Shown here: positions 49,529 to 61,057 of the stretch, one piece after another
Position numbering within the stretch: position 1 is the stretch's first letter
Layout of the letters: each line of letters opens with the position of its first letter
Source of the DNA: Lophium mytilinum
Taxonomy: Eukaryota
Direction of reading: 5' to 3'
Length of the DNA stretch: 64,000 nt
Assembly: GCA_010093605.1 (NCBI GenBank)
Contig: MU004197.1
Coordinates: 1,488,707 to 1,552,706 of the forward strand
Made by a program: the position numbers and the translations under genes
The notes under the pieces: generated by a model
What the model was told of the DNA's origin: nothing
Databases searched by the model: none
What the model saw: the letters and a program-made list of their open reading frames with translations, nothing else

Positions 49529-51039
49529 GGTGGTTCAAGAGAAATTTGATATGAGACAGTCGACAATTCGGTTAGGAATTCCTGGCAGGAGACAGATATC
49601 AGTTTGCAGGAGGATCAAAATCTCCACGTCGGATGTTGAAAAGAAGCTGAGCTCGAGGAGAGGGAAGGGGTTTTGTATGCAAAGAGAGATCGGTGCACGG
49701 GCAAGTACCGTAGATGGTACCGCTCACGACCGTAGTAGGTACCGCCAGCGACCGCCAGCGACCGTAGATTGGACCGCAGAGTATGGAACGGCGAGCTCTC
49801 ATTGGTGGGGTACGAACAAGGAGGAGTGAAAGGTGGATTTGATAGTTGTTGCGGTACTTTACACGGTGAGATTCTTCAAAGTCGTGTGATAATGTTGATT
49901 ATTACCACTAACTTACAACAGGGAAACTAACTATGATGATTGTAGAAATCATGACTTTGCGTGGACATTGTCATCAACGCTGTCCGTCAGCTTATAAATG
50001 TATCATTCACTCGGTTCACCCTTGGTTGGAAAATATGTTTGACATCAAGGGGCTAGCAAATGTGAGCTTTGGTAGCGTCACGAGTTTGTCGGTTTGGGAC
50101 GTGTAATGAAAATTACAAGAAGTCGCAAGAAGAGGATACGCTGTGTGGAAATGATGTTTCGTAGCAAAGTCGGTAGCTTGTAACTCCTGGTTTTACAGCC
50201 GCTACATACATGATAGCGAGCGTCTTGATTTTAGACTTGCTGTACAGCAAGCTGAAATCTCTGACTAGCCATGTATCTAATAATTATCTCGTATCGTATG
50301 AGTGATTCTATACAGAGCCCGGGGAAAGATATTTTTCAACAAGATAGAATTGCACCAGCACAGCTATTTATAAAACAAACTATTGTTAACATAAGGCAAG
50401 GGAGGCAGTCATCAGGAGTAACTATATGTAGTGCAAAACCATAGGACGCATGAAGAAGCAAGAGTAGGGGCAGGCATCTATCAACCACTCTACTCTATAT
50501 ATACACGACGGGACAAACAGGCTCCCTAAAAGCAAACAATTTAGGTTTGCAAATGGAAAAGGTTTATGAGGAAGACTTATTGCCATATGAAAGCTAGCAC
50601 AGTGGTAAAATTCTAATGCATCCTCGTCTGTGTCTACGAAATCAAAACTTCACTCGTCTTCTCTTCCGCTTGTATCACTCAACTATGTTTCCATTCTACA
50701 GATATCGAAGTACTAACTTGCTGTCGCTTAATCCACATACGTAGAGAATAGACCGCGTGTCCCATTTGCTCTCTCTTTACCACCCCGATCTTCCTTGATA
50801 TACGTCAATCTGCTCGATCATACGCCACGAAGTATCATGAACATCCAAAGAATTGATTTGGAGTCATAGTTCTGCATATTGAAGACAAAGTTTGGTGAGA
50901 TTTGAGTACACCGATAATCATACGTTAATAATGCTACCTAAGGGCGTGAACAGCTACTAGAAAACAGGGACGCAGAACATTCCGTATTAAAGAGCCCCAT
51001 GAACAGGCAAAAGGAGCAGGCGAAGAAAGGCCAGTCGAT

Positions 51040-53415
51040 TCAGTCAGTCCACTCTGCGTCCTTGGTGTACCGAGTGTTGATGTCGTACTCAACCTTCTGC
51101 GGAATATACGAGGCCATCTTGGCTCTCACTTCTGCATCCTCACTCTGGAAGGCGCTCAACCAAGCAGCCCCGCGTTCTGTCTGCTGTCGCGGCCTGGCCT
51201 TTTTCGAGGCCGCCATCCTGTCTGCTTGGACCTTCGTCTGCTGAGCAGCCTTCTTGGTCATAGGGGCGGACTTCGTAGCAGCGACTGTCTTAGTCGCAGT
51301 AACTGTCTTCATAGTAGCGACGGGGCTCTTGTGGTGCGAAGCGGCACCAATGCGAGGACCCTTTGAATACTGGTGAGTGATGGGCTTGGTTGGGCAGTCT
51401 CGGGTCATATGACCCTTCTCCTCACACTGGAAGCATTTGCCCTCCTTCATCAGGCGAGCACGGCGCTCTTGGGACTGCTTAGGGTTCATTCGAGGACAGT
51501 TAACGTGACCTAGAGTGATCTTCGACGCCGAACCTGCGGGACGCGTCGTCAGGCTCGTTGACGGGGCGAGGGCTTCGTAGTCACGTACTGGTGGTGGAGC
51601 CGAGTCTGCCTCTGGGGTGGGCTTTGATGCGGGAGGAGAGATGGGATTGCCTTTCGTGACAACTGCCTCGGAAGCGGGCTCTAGAGGCAATACTGCAACC
51701 GGAGTCTTGACTTCGAGCGTCCTTGGTCGTACCCTCAAATTCGGAGGGATGTACATGGAGGAGGTCGGGCGCTTCTTGATGGGCTTCGAAGTGTACAAAG
51801 TAGCCAAGCTCTTCGTGTTCGTACCTTCGTCGACCGGGCTTAGATCTTTGGCCTCTACCGTTCCTTCATTGCTGGCATCTTCATGGAGAAGTGCTTCTTT
51901 ACCTTCAATGGAATTTTCCTCCACGACTGTCATATTGTAGTCAGAGATCTCCTGCTTAATCTTGGCAGAGACCGTCTCGATGGACTCTTGAGGAGCGTCT
52001 AGAGTTGAGGTCAAGATATCATGTACAGGAGTAGTTCGAACTCCTTTCTCGCCTTTGAGTTTAGCCTCTAAGTGGAGAGTAAGCAGTGGATCTACTGGAG
52101 GGGTAGAAGAAATGGCCTTTGTGGCTTTGGTGTCAAGAGACTGCTCGACTAGGGGGGACGACGGAATGATAGGCAAAATAGCTGCAGTGGTAGCCTCGCC
52201 TTCATTGGTAATCCTCTGTTCGGATTCGACCTCGAGAAGAGTGGCAAGAGAGCCGATCGGTGTTTTGACGCGAACAGGTTGAGAGACCGTCAAGATTAAT
52301 GCGGGAGTAGACGAGAGAGTAGAGATGACAATATTGTCCTCATGTAGGGAAACTTCCTCCGACGCAGAATCAGACTCTGGGGTGGATGTGTCCGCAAATT
52401 TCGGAGAATGAGTGGCGTCATTCGTAGCCTCATGGTCGCGGACCTGCGCAGTGTCATCTTGGCTGCTGAGCATTGAGTCAGCTAGCCGTGTTGTAGTAGC
52501 AGCGCATTGCTCAATTGGGGACAAGAGAAGTGGCTCGTCCTGCAGAACCACATCCTCGCCACATGAGACATCAATCCGCTCGTCTCGTCCGCTTTCAGAG
52601 CTTTTGATCAAGTTGCGTAAAACCATAATTGCGCGGTCCATTTCGTCCAGAGCATCGATTTGCCTGCGGACGACCAAGGCTGTGTCGTTAGAAGCGCTTT
52701 CCAGCCCTCTCCCACTCCCGGCATTGTCGTTGTCTAGTACATTTTGGTAGTATTTGATCTCTGCCATCTGCTCGCAGAACTTGGCGAAGCTGTGTTCGAG
52801 GCTGGCGGCCTTCGTCGTTTCGGATGATCCCAAATCGACTTTCTCAGTTTCCGGTGCTGCGATTTGGACCTCGACTGGTTGTCTATTGTGGCAATCCTTC
52901 GACATAGGAGGGTTTGCCGGAGATTGAGACATAGGTGCGGAAGTAGGCGAAGTCTCCTCCAGTACTGCAAATTGGCGAATTAGTACACTTCTCTGAAAAT
53001 GATCTCAGTTAAAAAGCTTACCAACTGCTACATCTTTATTCTCAACTATAGGCCGATTGGGTCTACCCATGCTGAGTAGAAGCGACAATGGAGACATTGA
53101 ACGAGGCAAGCGGGTCGCCTCCGGAGAGCTGGGCTCGGAAGACTTCGAAGACGTCTTCGAATTAGAGCTGAGACGGGACTTCGAAGAACCACGCGAAGAG
53201 TTCGGCTGAGAATCTTGCTTCTCAGCAGCTTCAGCAGCCTTAGATAGTAGATCTAGACACGCATTAGCAACAATGTCGAGTGAATCGAAAAGATAACAAG
53301 CGGTACCTTTCTTGGCTTTCTTGTCTTGCGCGCGCTGTAGACTGTTCCTAGTGATTAAAATAAGGGAAGTTGGGAGTCGAGAAATAGACGTTGGTGGACG
53401 GTGCGGAGAAGGCAT
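51040..53415 (-). CDS. Array gene G: disordered orphan with helix motif, YIPPNLR and CCHC zinc knuckle
   Basis: Start MPSPHRPP at 53415; introns 53253-53306 (54 nt) and ~52965-53021; CFQCEEKGHMTRDC at 51394-51435. Confidence 0.8.
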
Positions 53416-54152
53416 TGTGGCGAACAATGCAGAGCAAAAGGGTGTTGACAGATGGAAAGATACACTGGGCAGTTATAGGACACGCCAAAGACTTTTGGAA
53501 GCTCAGGGTGGTGGGGTGGGGTAAAAACTGTAGTGCAGTGTGTGTGTGAGGAAGGAATGTCGGTCGACGGTTCGATGAGGCATTTTGTAAATAGTAGCTC
53601 TGAGATCTTAGGGTCATGTGACCTAATTGGGCAGGTAGTGAATCGGTTGCCTTGCAGTTGTAGAAGGTCAACACGGTGGGAAGTAAACCACCATGTGACC
53701 ATTCATGGAGCTGATACCTAGGGTACTCCGCACAGTGCTATCTAGCCAGCAAGAAATGGGTCTAAGTACATCAATTCTTCGCTATCAGGTCTTATGCATT
53801 CTAAATACAGTGGAAAGGCTGATGAGCTGCGAATTAGACTCCCTCTTATCTATCCATGTACCGGCTAGCCAGTGCACTCCTTACAGTGGTATGAAGCGCA
53901 TAAGAGCAGAGCACAAGTAGTGAGTTATCCGCACGCCCAAATCTATGACCTAGTAATGTTTACAGAACCACCTCTTTGCAGATGGGAACACAGTGTATCG
54001 TGAGATTTTGTACATACATTGACGCTAAAGAAGCTAATATTAGTCTCTAAGCTGTTAGACAGAGTGTGAAGTAGAAAACACGAGGTTACCCTGGGGCCCT
54101 GTTGAACCGATCCCTTAAAACAACCACAACACAAAAGATGAAGAAAAAAGCC

Positions 54153-56266
54153 TTACTCAACCTTTCCACGGACCCAACCCATAAGGGTAGCACCATCAGT
54201 TCCGCCAGAAGAATACGGCGACTCGTCGTCCGAATCATCATCCACATAATCCTCGCCACATCGCTGAGCGTACCGTCTATCCTCAGCCTTCGCCTGGGCA
54301 GTCTTCTCCCTGACTACACCCAAACCAGCACCCTTAGGGCGAGTGTTGACCTCAATAGGGCCGAGAATACCTTCGCCTTCTTTGCCGAGGCCTTCGCCCT
54401 CTTTGTAGCCCATTTTCGCCATCAACTTCATTGTAAAAGCGCTCATTGCAGGTTTTTCCTCGATAGGTTTAGCTTTGGGTGGGAGGCGTTCGGACGAAGC
54501 GTGCATGCTCCGCGACAGGCCTTTGAAACCGGGCTGTGAACCTTCATTGGATACAACAGATTTGGAGACGCCCTTCAGAGTAAGCGGCGGAGATGGTGAT
54601 ATCCGCTTTTCGTTGCCGTACCTCAGATGAGGCGGAACACTAGCCTTCACAGCCTCAGAAGCTTCGTAAATCTTGGAAGGTGCTGGGGCAAACGCCGGCT
54701 TCCACGTCTGCGCTGGGCGTTGGAAGCTAGAAGAGGTGATCGTATCGTTTTGGCTGGTAGGAATTGGAGGCGAAGTAGGTTCAGAGGTGGTGTCCTGCGA
54801 GCAAAGCTCGGGCAGAGACAGCTGTTTTGGCGTTGTGGAAGCAATCTTCTTGGCCCAAGGCCTCAGATGCGGGGGTAAATACCGCGTGTCATCAAGCACC
54901 GCATTGAGCCGGGCGGTAGAGCGCTTGATCTCAGTCTTATAATCCACGCTATTGTCCGTGGTCTCAACGTCGAATCCACGTTCCGCCGTCACTGATCGGT
55001 TGGTAAAGCTATCGCTAGGCTGCGAGAGGTTTGTACCGTCGTGCAAGGTCGTAGAGAAGTCATCGGAGGAAACACTAGGAGTGGTGGTGTCCTCTGCCTG
55101 GCTATCCATGATTTCAGATGCTTGAGCAGAGATCTTGCCGATATGTTCCAGGTGCTCGACGTCAATAGAGATGGTGTCTTCCTGTTCAGCGCATTCGTGA
55201 TCAATGGCTAATTTGGATATCTCGATGTCGACACGGATATGTTCCGGCTGAAACCCCTCGCCTTCGACAGGCGTGGTCATTTCAGCCAGATTAGGGAGAG
55301 GATTTGACGGAAGTTCGGAGACTGCCGAAGAGTCATCAGTCGCTGTAAGAGTGTGAATTAGTACTAATGTACAAACCTGAAATCGGGGATACTGCTTACC
55401 CAATGCTGCAAGACGTTCGGAATCGGTCTTATTGTCGCTTTCAATATCCTCAGTAGAGGCCTGTTGGAGTGGCTCCTCGACCTTCGGTCTGTTTTCATCA
55501 TTGCCCTGCTGCGAACCAGAGTTCCTAGGGTAGATTGACCGCCCCGAGGAGAAAGATTGCTCCGAGGATGGCGTTGGAGAAGTTTCAGTTGGAGAAGTTT
55601 CAGTTGGAGAAGCTTCCGGCTCTTCTTCGTTAGTTGAGGATGATTCTCCTGCTTCCTCGTCATCGTCATCGGAAGCTTCAGCAAGCTGAAGAAGTGCTAC
55701 ATCGAGGATAGTTAGCACTGAAAATTTGGACGCAGGGTAGTCTGTTCCACCTTGCATGGCGATCTTATCGATGGCCTCGTCATAAGACTTCTGCACAAGC
55801 TTGACAAACTCTATCGGAAGGCCAACATCGCGACACAATATACCGAGGAGTGCCGAGGACGCGTCCTGCTCGCTTCCCTTTTCGAAAGCGGCAACAAGGA
55901 GAAGTACTGCGATCACAATGGTTAGAATAAATGATACAAAGGGGAGGCGACTGTACCTTTGATAAGAAGCCTCTCCACGGCTTTTTCGTAGGCCTTAGCC
56001 TGTGAACCAGCGGCAACGGGAGGGGCTCCGGCAGTCTGACGCATCATGCAGCGCTGAAACGTTGGATCTGCAATCTGTGAGCCCATGCGTAAGAGAAGCG
56101 CTTGTATTGACTAACTTTGAGAAAGATTCCACTTCGCAGAGAAGAAGCTAGTAGGGGAGTCCGGTAGGACGACGGACTCGCTTCGAGCAGCTGGCTCGAG
56201 CATATTGCCGAAGCGAATGGAGGCCAATCTGGCATCAACAACGCGCGAACTAGCAGAAAAGGGCAT
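54153..56266 (-). CDS. Array gene H: disordered orphan with two helix motifs, two PPHLR motifs and C-terminal G-patch
   Basis: Start MPFSASS at 56266; introns ~56068-56115, 55907-55956, 55697-55750 and ~55343-55399; G-patch KLMAKMGYKEGEGLGKEGEGILGPIEV..RPKGAGLG. Confidence 0.8.
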
Positions 56267-57875
56267 TGTGGCGAAAACGGATGTTGTTGGAAGCCAACCT
56301 GGAGTGTGTTGAGGCAAGTATTCTCGGGGTGGGGCGTGGGAGGTCGAATACTTTTCGGAATCGGGGCCGTCCAAAAGACGTCATTCACTAACTTATGTGG
56401 AGGCGGCAGGCAGCGAGAGCGTGCAGTGTCGGTTTCATAAACACTTGTAACCGATAATTACGTTCACCAGGAAGGTACGACATAAGTTTGGGCGCCCTCT
56501 TAGCACTGCTTGGGGTGCACCTATGGGCATCTGTTCCTCTAAATCCGATGCGAAGGTCGATGCAGTGGAAATTAGGCGGCTTTCTGACTAGCTGAACATC
56601 TCATAGCTGGGTTACCCTACACGGTCGCATCGAGCGATCAAGATTGGAAGACGGGAGTCCTATATCCGGGTGCCCAGACTTGCGTCCTAGTACGGTACAT
56701 AGCTTAGCAGTCTTATCACTGACAGCTGTATTGCATGGCAATCCGCCTTCGAGTAGCACGTAGTGACACCTCAAAGCGCTATTTCCGAAACAAGCCAACG
56801 CGGCGACGCCCTCCATGGCCCAATCCACACCTATATCACGCTATATCTTCCACCCCACATGCCAACCACCAGTCTTCTTGGCATTACGCCTCGGGAAGCG
56901 GTTGAACCATTCGTTAAGCCAATATGGCTGTGTTCAACCTCTTAGTTTGCTTTGCAGCTGTCGTGTAGGTGCGGATGGAATGATACCAGCTCTGCGTAAA
57001 TCGCAACATCATTGATAAATGAAAACTTAGACGGGACATTGAAAGCACCAGGAAGATGAGGGACGAGGGTACCACATCCTAGAGATATGGTGTAGAAAGC
57101 ATGAGAGTATCAAAAAGACATTAGATTTCATTGATAGACAGTCCTCGGAAAGAGGCATCGAGAAGAAAGCATCATAGAGACGAGAAGAGACTTAGAAGAG
57201 GGACGGGTGCTAGCTATTCCCGAGCAGAACTTCCTGAGGAGTATGAGAAGAATTTGAAGAGCTGTGAGATGGATCGAAGCACGGCGGTAGAATCGGATAG
57301 CTTAATGGGTCTCAGGATATAGTGGCGCGGAAAAGAGGGGTTAGCTTCATACGTTGGTTTTTGAGGGAAGAATAGGGACATGCTCAAGGTCGTACCAGTT
57401 TGCTGCAGCAGTTTGAGCCATCTTATCGACAGCTGTCTGCCGTGTAGCTGAGAAAGAAGGGGAGAGATGGGATGAGATGAGGTTGGAAATGCTTGGCAGC
57501 GCACGGGCCCACAACCCTGGATTATCAGATGCAAGATTCACAACTCCCTTCATATAGCATGTGACCTGCACATATACCATTCGACTGTATTGGGAAATGG
57601 TAAATAATGCACAGTTCTCTGTCTTCATAAGATATTAGAGGAAAAGCAATCTCACCCGACGCCTCCAATCCCTGAAATAAATAATCCCAATCTCTCAAAA
57701 GGGAGTAAAGCAAACGCCTACAAACCCCTTCCGACCCGGTAGCACCCGATGGGCAAATGGGCATGTGATGATTCTCCGTAAAACTTGTCTTTGGAAGGTG
57801 CAAGGAAATGGAATAATGGAACGGCGACGTTGCAGGGAAGGTTGGCGGACCGGAACGAACCCCGCAATCGTCCAC

Positions 57876-58718
57876 CTACGCCTCGTTGAATAGCCGCGCC
57901 GTGATGTCGCCCATGTATGCCTCCTCCAGCTCGTAGTCCTCGCCGCCCATCTTGTCGATGCCGACGTACTCGAAGGCGCCGACAACGCCTTCGACGTCGA
58001 AGCCCATGGCGACGAAGCGGTCGATGAGATCTTTGTTGTAGCCGTGATAGCTATTCCAATTAGTATAGCTCTGCGAATGGGGTTCTGATAAGTGACGTAC
58101 GCAGCTAGCTTCGCCTTCTCCTCGTTCTGCTTCTGCATGGCCGCCTTCTGCTTGATGGTCTCCGCTGTTGCCCCTCCACTCCCCTCGCCCCGCTCCCTCT
58201 TGGGTGCTCCGGCGTATTTTACGGACCAGTCGCGGGCAACGTGCTCGAACTCGGCCGGGTTCTTCAGCAGCATACCGGCAACCTCGGCGTCTTGTGGGTC
58301 TTTAGGTTCAGGCGTGCTTAGTAGGGATTGTAGGGATATGAGGGCGGATTTTATTGTAAGGACGGGCGACCATTGGGACGATAACGTGTCGAGGCAGATG
58401 GCTCCCTGCGATAACCGTTTAGTTCTTGTTTCCCCCACCAGATTGAGGGATACGTACTGTCTGACTGCTCACGTTGGGATGCCATATCTTGGTGTCGAAC
58501 TTCATAATTGGCGGACGGAAAGGGTACTCTGCTGGCATCCGGATGTCAACGTAGAAGACACCGCCCTCGTACGGGGTGTCTGGCGGCCCCTTGAATTGGC
58601 CCCGCAGATGCGAGAAGTCATCGCCAGCGCCTGCAATGTCGACAATGATCTGCGAGAGGTTGTCCTGCTTGATGTCGGCAATCTCCTTCTGGATCCGACG
58701 AGCACGATTGGAGCTCAT
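57876..58718 (-). CDS. UBC1: Ubiquitin-conjugating enzyme E2 with C-terminal UBA domain (Ubc1/E2-25K)
   Basis: [55 protein letters not shown]-like [13 protein letters not shown]; two introns. Confidence 0.93.
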
Positions 58719-59456
58719 TGTGGCGACGAGAGTGGGTGTTTGGAGTTGTCGCAGTGAAAGTGAAGAAGGAAGGAGGGGTCGCTCGGAGGTTTAAAGTTGA
58801 AGAAGGCGGAGTTGTAGGCAGCAGGTTGCACTTGGCTGCTACGGGTCAGCCTGCTGAGGACGAAGGCGGCAGCGAGGCTATTGGTGAGTCAAGCGGCCGG
58901 GTGCTACCTCTCAGCGGCACGGGTGGGGTGTTGTCGGGGCTGTGAGCCTGAGGAAGGGGAGCGAGGCCGAAGAAGTCGTCAACGTTTGGTGCCGGCTTGC
59001 AGGTGAATGTCGTGGTTATTGGAGCTGGGAGCTTCAGCGTGTTCACCGGCGGCGTGGTGGGGCTGTGCCGGTGAGCTATTGGCAGCGAGATGTATATACG
59101 GTAGTCTGAATGGCACTGTTCAAGGTGAGTAGAGACGGAAATATGAAGATACAGGGAGGAGCAGAGCAGTCGGAGGCTCTTCTAGCTGTCTCGCGCGATC
59201 TCCGACGTGGCCGGCTGTCGACCATCGCTTTGGGCAAAGTGAGGCGGGCGTTTAAGGTTCGGGTCACGTGCTGCTTCTCCGAGAGCTTCGATGACATTCG
59301 CGTCCCAGCGAGGCGACTGAGCTTCCTACCGCATCTCCATTACCAACACCGCCCGCATCCCTCAACCCCCGAATCCTCCATCAACCGCGACGTTCAGTAG
59401 AGCTGTATCTGTCGCCTTGAAGTCGCTTTCATCGCTGTCGCACCCACGCAGCCATC

Positions 59457-61057
59457 ATGGTGAGATGGCCTTTCGCCGCAAACCCCCGAGTTCTCGTCAC
59501 TAACCTCATATCAGGGTGCTAATCAGTCCACCGGCGGTGGGCCCCCAGGAGCAGGAGACGGAAAAGACAAGAAGGACGCAAAGGTATGACCCATCTGCGA
59601 ATTCCAGCGCTCATGCTTCAGCTGCCTCTATCGGAGTCTCTAGCGCTACTTAAGGCCACAATACTGATTAGGATATGATTATAGAAGGACAAGCCAAAGT
59701 ACGAGCCTCCCCCACAACCTACGACCCGCATCGGCCGCAAGAAGCGCAAGCAGGCTGGCCCAAATGCCGCCGCGAAGCTTCCGACCGTCTACCCTACCGC
59801 CCGCTGCAAGCTGCGGTACCTGCGGATGCAACGTATCCACGATCATCTGCTTCTCGAGGAAGAGTATGTCGAAAACCAGGAGCGTCTCCGAAAAGCAAAG
59901 GTCGTCCTTACCGCCCCAGCGACGGCGGGCGGAGACTCAGATGCGATGGATCGGAACGCCGACGAAAGGTCGCGCGTAGACGACATGAGAGGCAGCCCGA
60001 TGGGTGTCGGAAATCTGGAGGAACTCATCGACGACGATCATGCAATCGTTTCCAGCGCCACCGGACCCGAATACTATGTTTCTATCATGTCTTTCGTTGA
60101 CAAGGACCTCTTAGAGCCGGGCGCCAGCATTCTCCTCCACCACAAAACGGTATCCGTTGTCGGTGTCCTCACGGACGATGCCGATCCCCTCGTTTCGGTC
60201 ATGAAGCTGGATAAGGCGCCAACAGAGTCTTACGCGGATATCGGTGGTCTGGAGCAGCAAATTCAAGAGGTCAGAGAGGCTGTCGAGCTTCCTCTACTCC
60301 ACCCTGAGTTGTATGAGGAGATGGGAATCATGCCTCCAAAGGGTGTCATTCTGTACGGTGCGCCGGGTACTGGAAAGACGCTGCTAGCCAAGGCCGTAGC
60401 AAATCAGACGAGTGCCACTTTCCTGAGAATCGTGGGAAGCGAGTTGATTCAGAAATATTTGGGAGACGGTCCTCGACTGGTGCGGCAGCTGTTCCAGGTT
60501 GCTGCCGAGCACGCCCCTGCCATCGTCTTCATCGACGAGATCGACGCCATTGGAACGAAGCGATACGAGTCTACATCCGGTGGTGAGCGTGAAATCCAGC
60601 GGACCATGCTGGAACTTCTCAACCAGCTCGACGGTTTCGACGACCGAGGGGATGTCAAGGTTATCATGGCCACCAACAAGATCGAGACTCTGGATCCCGC
60701 TCTTATCCGTCCTGGTCGTATCGATCGAAAGATCTTCTTCGAGAACCCTGATCGTAAGATTACCACGCCTTCATATTGTAGATACAAACACTAACTTATC
60801 CCACAGAATCCACTAAGAAGAAGATCTTTACTCTCCACACCTCGAAAATGTCCCTCAACGTCGACGTCGACCTTGATGAGTTCATCAACCAGAAGGACGA
60901 CCTCTCCGGCGCCGATATTAAGGCCATCTGCTCCGAAGCCGGTCTAATGGCGCTGCGAGAACGCAGAATGCGCGTCAACATGGAGGACTTCCGCTCCGCC
61001 AGGGAGCGCGTCTTGAAGACGAAGACGGAGGGCGAGCCCGAGGGTCTGTACTTGTAG
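59457..61057 (+). CDS. RPT2: 26S proteasome regulatory AAA-ATPase subunit 4
   Basis: M|GANQS N-terminus (myristoylation-type), [15 protein letters not shown], Walker [25 protein letters not shown]-terminal PEGLYL; three introns. Confidence 0.97.

Noticed and set aside
49850..51000. Possible gene remnants in long intergenic gaps (also 33.8-35.1, 42.3-43.2 and 56.4-57.7 kb)
   Set aside because: Only short ORFs with no recognisable motifs; no tRNA or rRNA structure was evident.
28204..56016. Many + strand and alternate-frame ORFs overlapping the array genes
   Set aside because: Shadow ORFs of GC-balanced coding sequence with no independent motifs.
13000..57000. Starship or other giant mobile element
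   Set aside because: No tyrosine recombinase captain, typical accessory genes or boundary repeats were seen.
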